DNA from: Spironucleus salmonicida
Lineage: Eukaryota
Length of the DNA: 64,000 nucleotides
Reading direction: 5' to 3'
Assembly (NCBI RefSeq): GCF_000497125.1
Contig: NC_090602.1
Span: 1,364,001 to 1,428,000 of the forward strand
Positions 1 through 13,545 of this stretch are shown piece by piece. Made by a program: the position numbers and the translations under genes. The stretch's first letter is position 1; every line of letters begins with the position of its first letter. The notes under the pieces were generated by a model. The model did not search any database and had not been told where the DNA came from. It saw only the letters and a program-made list of their open reading frames with translations.

Positions 1-1705
1 TAAATAATAATATTACCATTACGTCTATGTTCGATGAATTATAATTTTTAGTGGATATTGCTGCTTCAAAAAGCTATACCTGTTACTATTCCGAAAACTA
101 ATTATAATTAACTAAATCAATGGACAACTAGTGTCTGAATTTACTTATAATAGTTTAAAAAGGATGCAATATATTTTCAAATGAACAATGTTTAAAATAA
201 TCCTTATAAATGCATATTATATTTTCATCTATATCTTATTCTTTATCCCCTAGGCCAGAAACTTCGATAAGAGCCTATTTACACTACTTGCATTCAATTA
301 ACTAAAATATTTAGACGAATTCTAAATATTTTCCAATATAGAGAATAATCTCTTTGGTAAAAATATTCACATGACTTAATGCAAATGTACTATCTAATAC
401 AAACGTATTTTACTATATCATCTATTTCATAAACTCGAAAGCTTATATATTTTAGCTGAATAATAACATTACTTAACTCATATACGTATTAACTTATAGA
501 CTTCCACTGGTATATACTTTGATAAATAATTAAACTAACTGATCTATAAAGTTATCATTTTATAATAAAAACTCGTCAGTAAATAATTATGATCCTATTA
601 ATGTTTTTTCTGAAATAGTAACTTATAATATAGTCTAAAAATAGTAAAAGCTAGTTAAAATATCAACTTTTTACAAAACTTAAAACCCTTTTGTAATGTT
701 TTTATCTGTAAATAGTTAATGAGCATAACACAATCCAGCTGTCTATATACATAATAGATTCTAAATATTTTATTATGACATAATAAATGCTGCTTAAAAT
801 TAATTTTAATTAATCAAAGATTAAACTAATATATCAGGTGATGGTTTAGACAGTAAATAAAGCCTTTATTTTTATGAGACGATCTGGAAATCATTAAAGA
901 AATGAATACTTGATATATTTTATAACTGTATTTTTTAAACCTGAAATAACTATAAGTTATTGTAAATATTAACTTCAATAGATTCTAAATCATTAGATAT
1001 AATGCTCAGATCATTTAACATATAAACTAAAGACTGAGGTATACTAACATCGTTCGATTTACATATTGTTTTGTTATTAATCTATATACGTGATAATTAA
1101 CTATTACTAATAGATAAACAATTATATTATTCTGTATTTTATTCAGTAAGTTATATTGAAATACCATTAACTTTGTTATAGTCATTTTAAAATTTAACCT
1201 GAAATAAATATTTATCAATATCTTTAACAAGCTGATCTGAAATATCAGAGAACTCACTATTCAGAGGAAAATTTAGAATGTTTTTGCCTTAAATTAAATA
1301 TACATTATTGTAATTCTTAACTAAATTGGAAGATTTAATACTTGTTTTACTAAATTTAGAGTCTGCTAAAAAATAAATATCATTGCATTTTGAAATAAGT
1401 AGAATATTATCTTGAATAATCATGACCTATTAACAATAAAATTAAACTGAGTATTCCTCATGATTTTAAGCTATGAACAAGTCTTCATTAATGAATATAG
1501 TTTTAATAAATGATGACTAGTTTATTTCTTGAATATAGGTAAATTATATAAAATTTTAGCATACTTCTTTTTAAAGAGTTAGACTAGAAATCCTACCATT
1601 TTTATTAACTTATATTTATTTTTATACTATTATTTTCTTTTAAATAAATTAAACATCATATTTTAATACCTAAATACTAATACTTGTCTCCTTACTATCT
1701 TTCAT
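1..1705 (-). CDS. Hypothetical protein, runs off the window start (>568 aa, table 6)
   Basis: ATG at 1705 (MKDSKETSISIQVLKY...). No in-frame TGA in the stretches read, including the first lines of the window. No motif recognised. Confidence 0.6.
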
Positions 1706-2319
1706 AATTGTAATACATTTATCTTATATAGTAATTATATAATTTTTAACCAGACATACGGATAGTGCACAATCAAACTATTTGACTAAATCTTATTCAA
1801 TCAATATTTTCATATCAAAATCGAATTTAAGTTTCCATAATATATATGGTTTCTCAGATATTGCATTAAAATAGTTAAATACCCCGTCAGTATTAATAAA
1901 ATTTATACACGTGAATGTTGTTGGTGAATCACTATCAATTTAGTTTATCTTATACATTTTTATTTATACAGAATATACTATATAATAATATACTATACTT
2001 TAATAATTATCATATTTTTAAATCATTACTATTTTTTGATTTTATTTCTTACTATAATTTAATATCATTAATTGTATGCAAACATGATACTTATTAGAAA
2101 TCAATTTGCGTTCAAATAATTTTTATCTGTTAAAGTTTTATAAGTTAACTAAAAATATTAAATATGATATAAATTAGCATAAAATAATTTATAATTTAAT
2201 ATTATTAATAATATAGTAAAGTTTTTAATATTTTAACTTATAAATTATAATGTAATTAGTCATCATTATATTGCTAATATCATAACTAATAAACTAAGAT
2301 GTAGTAACCATACGTTTAT

Positions 2320-2688
2320 TCATTTCATTGAATGTTACAAAACTTGAACAACACACACGGTTAACTACTCTTTTCGGTTAGTTATTTCTATACTCCAATC
2401 AATTTTTTGCTTTAATAATTCTTACTGTTTGATTCTAATTATCACGTACTTGTTAAATAGTTAATCTCTTTGATACAATAATTTAATATTCTCTCGACGC
2501 AAATTAGTTGATTGTGTATCATTCAGATACTTAGATTTAACTTTAGACATATCTATATGTCCTATCTTAGATGAGTTAGTAGCCTTCTTCAGAATTCTCT
2601 TCAAGCTATTACTGCTCTTTTATTATGATTTAGTATATTAAACAGTCTCGGTGTTTATCTGTTCAACATTCTCATTTTAGGTAGTCAT
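2320..2688 (-). CDS. Hypothetical protein, 122 aa
   Basis: ATG 2688 to TGA 2320 (MTTQNENVEQINTE...HSMK*), preceded by an AT-only promoter-like tract. Confidence 0.55.
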
Positions 2689-2982
2689 TTATTTGCAATT
2701 CCAGTAATTATATTAAAAATAATATTATATTATTAGGAGAATCAATTTGCTCAAATAATAGTAATATACTCCTAGTAAATATCTAATTAACATCTACTGC
2801 TTTTTAACTAAATTGAAAAAGATTTATGGTGAAAAGATTTGTTAACTCGATTTTGTGAAGTACAATAAATTACTAAAAGTTATTTTTAAATATATAATAT
2901 ATCTTAGAGATAACCATAATATTAACAAGTTTAGATTTAATAAAAACTAATCCTTATTAAACAGTTACATTAAACAAAATGA

Positions 2983-3516
2983 TCAAATCTCTGTAATAAA
3001 GCTCTCTTTCAAATCAAAATTATTGCCTTCTTTAATTTATTGGTAAAATAATTAATCGTAAACTTAATATCCTGTACTTTAGTCAAATTTACCAACAACA
3101 TAATTACCTGTCCCTTTAGCTTTTACAGAATAAGAAAATTATTTATAAGAAGGTTTTTCTACTGTAAATAAATAATTTTTTAACAATTAGAACTTACTTG
3201 GAAATGCTATGTCATGTCCCCCAATAGCCTGTTATAAATTTCGTTCTTAAGCTAGTTACGTAGGTGTTAATTGACTCATTTCAAATTTTATCTATGGAAG
3301 TTCAAGTATATAATCAAAATATGAGAAATTATATATATTACTTAAAATTTTGTTCTAGAACATATCGGAAGTAATTTTTAGACTAAAAGGAGATGTATGG
3401 GCAACAATTTGGTTGCCTTAAAATAATTAAGTACGATTAAAATTTTGAGAAAATGCTAGATGCTCTATAAAATGTGCTAGATATGCCTTATCTGGTGATG
3501 TTGGTAAATTAATCAT
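2983..3516 (-). CDS. Short M16 (insulinase/MPP-beta-like) zinc peptidase-domain protein, 177 aa
   Basis: LAHFIEHLAF (inverted HxxEH) at 3460-3474, GNQIVAHTS (cf. GxxLNAxTS), ELPQIKFEM (ExxxxxxE) and IGG, in the canonical order. Confidence 0.7.
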
Positions 3517-3553
3517 TTTAGAGAGTTTGTATATATACTATATTATTATACAT

Positions 3554-4003
3554 TCACTATTAAGTTTATCTAGTAATTACAATTCGTGTGCCAGTAAGCT
3601 AATCTACAGATGTGGTAATAAATGGAGAACTTTGCTAGCTGTAAAGTTTTTTTCTATACTCTTTTGTAGGAGAAAAGGTGAAAGTACCATTTTTACCTTT
3701 TAATCTATTTATAACATTATTAATATCATTTTTAGTAAAATCATATTGCTTTTGATAGGAAATATATTCAGTTTAACATTATTTTCTTAGCTATGCTATC
3801 TCTCCATCTCTATGCAGTGATCTGAAGTAGGTAGAAGTAGTAGCATTCTTGTTTGAAATTTTTGACGCTTAAGCTTGCTTCATATCTTTTAATTTCAATA
3901 GTTCTCTATATTCCAAAGACATATATGCATCTCTTGTGTTTGTTTCCAGCAGAGGCCGTTCAGAAACTTTCCTATTTTTACTAGTGTATCTAAAGTCACT
4001 CAT
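3554..4003 (-). CDS. Hypothetical protein, 149 aa
   Basis: ATG 4003 (MSDFRYTSKNRK...) to TAG-TGA at 3554, an AGTGA stop context. Confidence 0.6.
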
Positions 4004-4053
4004 TCAATAAATAATTTTTAATATATATTATTGTGATAAATTATTAGATAATT

Positions 4054-4067
4054 TTCCACATTCCGCA
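4054..4067 (+). promoter_or_regulatory. C-rich motif immediately upstream of the start codon (representative example)
   Basis: ttccacattccgca-ATG after an AT-only tract. Similar motifs precede the ATGs at 8099, 13546, 14652, 21213(-), 23930, 37878(-), 39942, 42717 and 43878. Confidence 0.6.
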
Positions 4068-4337
4068 ATGCCTAAACCAACAAATATTGTGGCTGATATT
4101 AAAGAAGAAATTAAAGCAGCTATCACAGCAAAATTATTAGAAGAAACTGATAAATAACAATCTGAATCCGACTTAGTCAATACTATTAAAACTTACTTAG
4201 ATAACACTTACTATCCTTCATGGCATGTTATAGTTGGGAAATCGTTTGGTTCAACTGTAACACATGAAGCAAAAGCATTCTATACATGCAAAATTGGAGA
4301 GCTTAACGTATTGATTTATAAAGCTGGTGTTTTGTGA
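4068..4337 (+). CDS. Dynein light chain LC8-family protein, 89 aa
   Basis: YLDNTYYPSWHVIVGKSFGSTVTHE signature. One internal TAA read as Gln. Confidence 0.93.
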
Positions 4338-4388
4338 TACTATCATATATATTATTATATATTAATATGCATATATTTAGTCAACAGA

Positions 4389-5954
4389 ATGTATATAAAA
4401 ATTGGAAATCAGATTGTAGTGCCATAGTCACCATTCTAAGTAGCAAGAACTAATTTAGATTCAAATCATGGTCAATTTATAAATAATACTTTATTAATAT
4501 GCAAAAAAGAAGTTTCATCTAAACATTGTATAGTTACTTATTTGTCTGATAGTTAAGTTTAAGTTTTAGTGTCAGGTACTAATGATACTTATTATAATAA
4601 AATTTTAATTAGTAAAAATGTACCTTTTAATATTTAAGAGACAGGAAAATTAACATTAAAGAATTATGATATTTTAGAGATAATATTCTAAGACCCTTCT
4701 ATTATGTTACTAAAACATTAGTTTCCAAAGTTAATTAAAGTTTATTATGATAAATTTATTAATTTCTCAGAATATTAGTTGTAAATACTGAAGTAAACTA
4801 CACTAACATAGATCGTTTTACTTAAACCATTTTATTAATATGACAAACCTATTGATATTCATCAAAATTTTAAAATAACTATTCCACCATTAAAAGATTA
4901 TTATTTAGATTTAATTGATACGCTTCCTAATTATTCCTAAATCGTCTAATTTTTATAGGATAATAATATTCCTATGTCTGATCTACGATTTAGCACCCCA
5001 CTTGTTTTATTCTTACTTAATAGATCATAGTTATACGGTGAATTCTAAATAAAAGGTAGATTTTCAAAAGAATTTGGTAGTAATGATACTGGATGTGATA
5101 TTTCGTTAGACGATGAAAATCTTAGCACTTATATTATAGTTCCTCAGCATATTTTCTTCTTATCAATATATTTTTGTGATACAACTATATTATAAGGTTT
5201 TATATAAGAAAAAACAGTAGCTTAAAGCTAGTTAACAATATTAGATTAAGATAATTCAAATTAGATCACTGAAAACCTAAGTAAAAATAAAAATCAGTAA
5301 AAATATATAATATAATTTTCTGATACAGAATCAGATAGTAATTCTAATATATTTGAGTGTATCAAGAGAGCATCATAAGGCTAAAATATTAACCAGATTA
5401 ATATTACATAAAACAAGTCAAACGAAATTTAATCTTTATCTATTTAAGAAAATAATAGTAATGAACTATTTGTATAATCTAACAACGATTCATCAGATAA
5501 TATATTCATCGTTAAAAAATAAAAATAGCATTTCCAAAATAACGGGTGTATTTAAGAAACACCAAATCCTATTGACTCGTAAATTGAGTAAAAACTATAA
5601 AATTAGACTTTAGTTAATAATTAATAGCTAATAAATTAACTAAATGCTCCTAGTTAATTAATATATCCACCAAATGTTAAATAAATTGATAGCCAAGAAT
5701 TATCAACTTTAAATATCAATTCACTCCCTAACGAACCAAAATAAAAAATACTATTCAACTAATTTGCATAATTTGATATTTCAAAAGATATTCCATTACA
5801 AGTAAAAACATCTTAAACCTTTTCTCTTTATAAAAATAGCGAATTTCTTGGAAACCTTAAAATTGAGCTGCCTCCAACAGTATTTACTGAAATTAAACCT
5901 GAAACTTTTGATTAGATTTAACCAATAAGCTACCAAGACTTTTTAAACTAATGA
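4389..5954 (+). CDS. FHA-domain protein with putative BRCT-like region (NBS1/Xrs2-like candidate), 521 aa
   Basis: N-terminal FHA-like motifs VAR...VSSKHCIV...GTNDTYYN, then QTTLTQIVLLKPF...IPPLKD, then a low-complexity S/N/Q tail. Confidence 0.6.
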
Positions 5955-5957
5955 TGA

Positions 5958-6419
5958 TCACCACTCGCTGTCGCTAAGGTCTTCATGCGATGACTTTATT
6001 ATTTTCGCTCCTTATTTTCGCTCCATTTAAACCCCTCTAAATGCAGCAAATCCAGAAAAAACTAATCTTGAAATTCGATAACATATAGCTTTTTCGTTTC
6101 TGTCAAGCAGTTTCAACTTTCTCTCGTAAAAGTCATCGAAATCTATATAAGAATTAGTCGAGAATACCCCGTAAAATTGTGTGATTTAACGTTAGCTTTT
6201 AATCTTCTTAATTGCTATGTATCGTTTTTTGGATAAAAATACTCTGCAAGAGTTCTAGATCATTTTACAAAAGTGTAACTCTAAAATTGACCGAAGGGAA
6301 GGAAGTTATAATATTTATAAATTACTGTAGTTTGGTTAAGGCAAAACAATTGATTTTACGTGGTGAAGTAGTTGGTTAGCTTCAACTTCAATTTCGATTA
6401 GCTTTTCTGTGATATTCAT
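5958..6419 (-). CDS. IQ-motif-like protein, 153 aa
   Basis: KMIQNSCRVFLSKK resembles IQxxxRxxxxR. ATG 6419, TGA 5958. Confidence 0.6.
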
Positions 6420-6480
6420 TTTTAGAAAACTTTATAACTAATTATTATAATATTATATTAATGATATATTACACATTAGA

Positions 6481-7587
6481 ATGATTAACCAGGACTATAA
6501 AAATTTATTAAAAGATATTACAAAAAATGCATCTAACCACCCTGTTTTATCTCTAGAAAGACCATTAGTGGATAATTTATTTCATATAACTGGTTCAAAA
6601 GGAAAAACAACTACAGCTAATTATGTTCACTAATTATTACCAAAATAAACACCAATTTTTAGCTCACCACACTGTTTTTCACTAAAAGAGAGAATAAGAG
6701 ATTACAATTTACTCTCAGATACGGATTTTACATAGTTATTTACTACAACAGATTATTCATTTTTTGGTAACTTAACACATGCATTTATAAATTTTTTATA
6801 ACGATAAACTCCAAAAAATGCTGTTATCGAAGTAGGAATTGGTGGATTAATGGATACTACATTTATTAAAAACATATCATAGTAAAAAATAGGTATACTT
6901 ACATCAGTAGAGTTAGAACATTAAGATCTATTAGGTAATAATCTTTAAGATATTCTTTTTCATAAACTTGCAATTTTTTAAAATGCAGATCATGTTATCG
7001 TTCCATAAAATCTGGATTTACTCGGAATGGATCGCTTTTATTAAATTTAAGATAAAATTAAGCGAGTAAAAATTGATGACGACTGGCAAAGATCAAATGA
7101 GCGATTAGCTCGAAGAGCTGTTTTTGAAGCAGGTATATAAACATACAATAAAGTTTCTTAATAGTTTCCTGGGAGAAATATTTAAATTGATAATTTTTTT
7201 ATCGATTGTGCCCATACAGTTGAAAGTGTTAAGAAGTCTTTAATTAACCTGAATGGTAAAAAGTGTAAGCTTATATTTTCATAAACTAGGAAAACACGAG
7301 ACTGGAGGAGTGTCCTAAGATAAATTTATTAAATTTTAAATATTTAGGAAGCTTATTATCTACCCACTAGTTCTAGCTTAGATTATAGAGATAATTTACT
7401 AATAAGTGAAACGAGTAAAGAAATTGGGAATTAAATATGTTAAGAGGTCGACATGAAGATGATTTAGAATTCAGAAATTAAAAATATATAAGGCGATGTA
7501 GTGGTACTAGGAAGCACACATTTAGCTTGCTTAGTATAGTGGCTTATTTAAGGAGAAAAAGCACTTGATTTTTTTAATAGAATGTGA
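6481..7587 (+). CDS. FPGS: Folylpolyglutamate synthase (FolC/FPGS family), 368 aa
   Basis: HITGSKGKTTT P-loop, FSSPH..LKERIR, IEVGIGGLMDTT, TSVELEHQDLLG, FPGR and DCAHTVES. Confidence 0.92.
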
Positions 7588-7613
7588 TTTTTAATAAATA
7601 AGTTATATTTAAT

Positions 7614-8036
7614 TCAGAAAAATCCTGTAGTATAGGCATTTTAAATTTACTTTATTTGATCTAAGGATAATAGCTCAGTTTCTCCAAACATCATTGTTAT
7701 ATAAATTTGATCTATTTCTAAATTATATAAAACAAGAGCAGTTTTCATTACGAGATTAACAGGGATCTTCTTTTTACCATCAGCAATAAAAGAAAATATA
7801 AATTTGTCTTTCTCAATAGGGCATTAAGAAATTCTTTTCTCTAGCTACTTCATATCTTTTTCTTCAAATTTAAGTCGTTTATAATTTATTCCAACTAAAA
7901 GCATAAGCTCTGTGAAAGAAATCTCTAGTTTATATTATATTTAAAGTTATTACATCTAATTCTCTAGTTTCATAACATTTTAGTCAACTTCTTTATAATT
8001 TCTTAAACCAGTCGTAGCAGATGCTTAATTTCCCAT
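7614..8036 (-). CDS. Hypothetical protein with N-myristoylation motif, 140 aa
   Basis: Starts MGNQAS (MGxxxS). Open to TGA 7614. Confidence 0.6.
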
Positions 8037-8098
8037 TTAATTTATATGTAATAAGTTATATAATATTAATATAATCATTTCCTTTTCCGTTTTAAACA

Positions 8099-10057
8099 AT
8101 GCTTCAAACAAAAATTATAAAATATTCTACTGAAGCATTACCTTTAGCTGAAATCAACAAAAAGGTTCAGGTTATACTTCAAAAAAGAATTGATGCCAGA
8201 AAACAACTATTTCTATAATAAAATAGAAAAGCTGATATATAAATGGAGCAGAAACTATTAGTGGGCTCTTTGCAAGATAAAATAGCGCAGATGACACTTA
8301 TGATCAGAGAAGATGTATTAACTTTCTAAGAATATTTAAATATAATAAGTGATACAATTGACAAAAATCCTAGAACGTACTTTTAACTAACTCAATATTA
8401 TTTTGAAATTTAGTCCATAATGGGTATGAAAAGAGAACTCACCCCACTCACCTCAAATCTGAAATAAGTTCAGCCGAATACCTTCAAATATCCAACTGAT
8501 GAGACTGAACTTCTTTAAATTTATGCTGAAGACGCATTTTTAAAACTAGCACTCAAATTCTTGGAATATGCTAGATCCAGTGCCAGATCTAATGTCCCAA
8601 ATTTTAGAAAATTAGCTATTTAGTAACTTGCAGGTCTAACTGGTCTTGTAGGGTTTGAAAAAGCTTGCATTAAAGTTATAATTGAAAAAATGGGCGACCC
8701 TGAAATTTCTGGAAAAGCCATTTAGGTATTAGAACAATTATTTAAAGAAAAGAATTTAGTATAAGTCATTTTGTGTATTTTTGAGGAATTCTAGAGATAA
8801 TCTGTTTACTATTTCAAAGATAGAAATAAAATGGCAGAGAAAATTATGCGCTAAGCAATTATTTTTATAGGATTTTAGCTTAAATTATCAGATGAATCTT
8901 TGTCATTAGAAGCAGCAAGAATTATAATGAATTTTTTGCACGAAGAAATTAAATCCGGTGTCGTAGAGAATTTGCTTATCTAGCAAAGTCTTTTGACACT
9001 TTCTAAGTTATCAAAAATTTGCGACTTTAGAAAAGTTGAAAAAATTGATTTGATTGTCAAAAAATTGAGCGTTCTCGCTGACACAGTTAACTATCAAACA
9101 AGAACAATCATAGTCAACTTTTTAGTCCAAATTCTGTTCTCTATGTAATTATAAAGCTCTAATTACTCTATGGAAAACGATTAAGTGACCTCTATTATTG
9201 ATAGTGTCATTAATCTGTTACTTTCTCTTCCAAACAAATTAGAAATGTAGCATATCACCCCAAAATTTTTTAGCCTCATGAATGCTGTTTATAAGCTTCA
9301 TAAAATTACAACAAATGGTATTTTCTCTAATAATATGATCTTAGCAAACATCTGGAAGAAGTTTTTTAATGCCGGATTGGGAATTGAAAACTCAGCAGTA
9401 CTTTCTAACCTTATTACCTTATACACAGATTCTGCTTAGTAAAACTTTAACCTTAGAAAGAAAGAAAATTTGAAAACTCAAAAAGGTCCAAATTATCTTT
9501 TTTCTAGCGAAAATCTCACTTACAACTATAAGACATTTTATAAAATTTCTAACGCAGAAAAATCACTTCCTTTTGAAACTTTACTGATGAAGCAACATTT
9601 AAACCCGTCGATCAGAACATTTGGTGAGTAATTTTCGCAAAATAAATTTTGCTAGATTGCAGAACTCAAAAATGGTGCTAAAGAATAGCCATTTGGAACA
9701 TAATTTGTTAGGCGCGTTATAGATGGAGGAGTAGAATGTATCTATGGTAATGGCTCTGAAATAAATAGTGTACACTTATCTAGTTTAAAACGAATTATAG
9801 ATGTGAAAGCTAAAGAAAAGAGTGGTAAAAAGAGGTAAACTGATGAAGAAATTGCTATTAAAGCTTTATAGAAACAAGGTATTTTAGATGAAAATTGTAA
9901 TAGAATTTATAAAGACGATGAAATTAATAAATAAGAAAATTAAGTTTATGAAGAAGAATTTGAAGGAGAGGAAGAAGAATTCGGGGACTTTGAAGGAGTC
10001 GAAATATTTGGCGGATAACCTGAAGCAGAAAAACAGAATTTCAAGAAAATGAAGTGA
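8099..10057 (+). CDS. MAK21: Noc1/Mak21/CEBPZ (CBF domain) ribosome biogenesis protein, 652 aa
   Basis: GSLQDKIAQMTLMIRE (cf. GTxxDKIxAxTL), YAEDAFLK, HLNPSIRTF (cf. HYHPSV), acidic C-terminus. Ends AAG-TGA. Confidence 0.8.
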
Positions 10058-10356
10058 AATATCGAAATTAAATATGGATTTGGTGATTGTGAAAATTAAG
10101 CATATTGAATAACTATTGTTAATCATGTTTTTTATTCTAAAAGTACATTTTATGTAAATATAAGATCAAGGAATATACTATTATTAGCAATATCGAATCT
10201 TTTATTAAAAAGTAGAAATTTTGTATAGCTAAAGAAAATAAGTACCCATATCAATTGAAGATAATAATCATTATAGTTGTCACTACTATAAAATTAGATA
10301 CAAGAAAGTGTAGCAATTTATTAATAATCAAACTTATAAGTCAACATAGCAAAGCA

Positions 10357-10914
10357 TCACCAATCACTCCCTTCTTCGTCAGCATACCCAAAAAGTGTTC
10401 CACCTGATTTTTTAAATTGTTTTTCTTCTTAAAGCGAGAGAGTTAAAGCCCCATAAGTGCCTAACCCTTTTAACACTAAATCATAACTAGGCTAGTCCAT
10501 ACCGAATTCTTCAAAACCTATAAATTTTTTAAGTATTTTACCCTTTTTAAAAATAATTATAGTAGGTAGAGTTTTAATTTTAAGTTTATTTACAAAGAAA
10601 CCGGCTCCTGGAGCATCGATTTTAATGAACTTTGACTCTAAATGTTGTTAAGCCATCTCCTCTAAAATTACATTCATTGCTTAGCATGTTATAAATTCTG
10701 GTTAATAAAAATGTGCAATAACGTAATCATGTGCTGTTACATTTGCTAAAAATACGGTCTCGTCAATTTCATCTAATTTACCAAAACCTTAGAACTTTAG
10801 TTCTTAATTCTTAAACTCTTGCTTAAGTTATTCTCTACGTGCACGCATATATCCTTCTAATTGATCGTTTACATTATCATTTGAAATTTCTATATCAGAC
10901 TCAGTGTCAGACAT
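10357..10914 (-). CDS. Phosducin-like protein 3 / TXNDC9-like thioredoxin-fold protein, 185 aa
   Basis: GFGKLDEI...VIAHFYQPEFITC...HLESKFIKIDA..AGFFVNKLKIKTLPTI..FKKGK...IGFEEFG. Confidence 0.88.
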
Positions 10915-12775
10915 TTTCAGTTAAAATTTTCCTATCGAATTATTCTAAATATAATATAATAATATAGATACTAAAAATCCTTTACAGTATTCATATAATA
11001 ATTTATAAACTAAATATATGCAGGAGTTATTAATCTATATTATTGTAAGACAAACTTAAACTTGTTAATGCAGATAAAATTTATGATTAAGATATAGAAG
11101 AAATAAATTTACAACATAGTATAAATCCATATAATAACATTTTTATAGAAAGAGAATGGGTTGCTATAATTATTAAATAGTTTGTATTGTAATTTATAAA
11201 TTAAACTAATAATAAATTAAAATATACTGTAAATAGTAAACAAAAGTTTATACTAATAAAATCAGAACATAATCTCTTAAAATAATTAAATCAAGTGATT
11301 GGTGTTAATATTTTAACTAAGTTCTGTAATATTGTGGTGAGTGTATTTAAACAATACCAGTATAGAAGGTTAATGTTAAAGTATGGAAACTGAAAATGTG
11401 TATTAATAATATATAAGATCTGATAGATATGGTTCAAGATCTACTAAACTATTTATAAAAGTCGAAAATAACTTTATATAAATAGTTAGTTACATTATTA
11501 ACGTAAGAATGACATATAATTTCATTTTATTGTATTAATAAATTTGGTGTCCTAAAATTAAATTATTTAGATATAAGATTTATGGCCAAAAATACATATA
11601 TTTATAAAAAAGTATAAATAGGTATATCATATCAGGATTACTACTAAAAATACCATAATAATTAAAGTTTTGTGTTTAGTAAGTACACATGTAATAATTT
11701 AAATTTTTAATATAAAAGCTTAAAACTATGTTAAATCGTTATATTTTTATTTTATCTATAATACTAATGTACAACAAGTGCATCCATACAACATAAAAGT
11801 TTGATATACTTTACATTTTTATTATTTTCAAAAATACTGTAAATATAAACTTTACAAATTTTATCTATAAAGCTAAAACAAGAAATATCAATAATTTTTT
11901 ATATGATATTTTAACAAGAAAATTTACTCGATTAGACTCAAATGAATTTCTCAAGCTAAGCAGATAAATATAGCAAATATATTATTAATATTTTTAGCCT
12001 AAGATCATAATTATCAATTATTCCAGCAATATTTATATATATGCTAATTTTTACACTTTGAATAAGAGGCAATTTTCCTCATATATAGTACTTGAGAAAA
12101 TAACATATACCATTTTTAATATTTTTATGTATAATACTGTTAAATATAGCCAAATAAATAATTTATATATAGCTTTTCTATAATACTAAAATAAAACGAT
12201 AACGATAGTTAGCAGTTTATTAGGTAAGAATTAGATTATCATTTCATAAACACAAAACACTAAATTTTGATTCGTTTTAATTTATTGAAATAGAAGATGC
12301 AAAATTACCTAGTAATAATTAACGATTATAATTTTTCCTTATTTATATGTAATACTCAAAAATTTGATAGACTGCTTATTTAAAAAAGTTAACTTAAGTA
12401 TAGAATTATTTTTCCTTTTGGATTACCTACAACTTGTTTTCTTAGATAAATACACAAACTATTCTAATAGTTGGTATACATTTAGCTATATTTTTGATGT
12501 TTGAAATAATAATCATTTATAGATATATTTACGGCCACATACAAAAATATATAAACTAAAATATACGCAAATAATTGAGTAAGAGGTAGCTATTTTTAGT
12601 GAGTAGTATCATGTTTTGTTATTAATTTTACTGAAATATGATCTGAGTATTAGAATTTTGAAATTTCAACCTTCACCGATAGTACATAATAAATTTTAAA
12701 ATTCTAGTACCTTGATGCATTTTAAGTGAACAACTAATAAAAAAAATATTAATATTTTACTTAACTAATAACTAA

Positions 12776-13129
12776 TCACTGATCTGTATTTTCTGACAAT
12801 AAACCAAAACTGTCATCAGAATCCTAATAGGTGGAAACATTTCCATGCTATATGTTTAAAGAGGACTAAAATGGATTCTTGAGGAGAACTTTTGGTGATT
12901 CTACAAGTTAGTCTAGAGAGTCTTCGTTTTCTAGCAGTGATATTATTGAATAGGATATCATATTCATTTACATTTTGAATGATCGCGAAAATTCAATACT
13001 TTTTTGGGATAAACCTGTAACCAAAGGTATAATACAGGATAATGATGATGTTGCTAACTAGCTAGATTATTTATTTAGTTTAATATTGCCTTATTCGTAG
13101 TCAAAAGGATTTTTAATGTCATTTCGCAT
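12776..13129 (-). CDS. Hypothetical protein, 117 aa
   Basis: ATG 13129 (MRNDIKNPFDYEQ...) after an AT tract. Ends CAG-TGA (AGTGA). Confidence 0.5.
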
Positions 13130-13545
13130 TTAATATGATTTAAAAAGTTATTCAGTAATATATTATATAATTTTCAGATACTTTATTTTGACAAAGAATT
13201 TAGTAAGGTTATACTAGCTATTAAATAGTCTATGTGTTTTGTATAGTTCAGTAAATAATAAATAAATTGATATGAACTATAATTAATAGTAGTCAATCTA
13301 ATTTTCAAACGTGAAATAATATAATTTTTATATATTATCATTATCCTATTATTGTAGAATTATAATTAAAAGATCATCTATATTCTTTATACTTAGGTGA
13401 TACTAAAATTGCTATTTTATTCAGCAGAATCAACATATTTTTATATATTTTTCATAGTTTTTTTAGTTTTTTGAGAACAAGAATATTATACATATTATAT
13501 TTTTTAGTATTTAGTATTTTTCTTTTCTTATAATCTTTCCGCCAA

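Noticed and set aside
11018-11393. Protein-like + frame (about 11031-11393) with the nearest ATG (11018) one base out of frame, and a GTAAGA...TGCAG intron-like stretch
   Set aside because: No in-frame ATG, the putative splice does not join the protein-like frame, and no motif was recognised. Possible pseudogene but unsupported.
12297-13270. + strand frame with several TGAs that reads plausibly as Trp
   Set aside because: The TGA density is about what chance gives in AT-rich DNA, and the protein-like part is antisense to the 12776-13129 gene.
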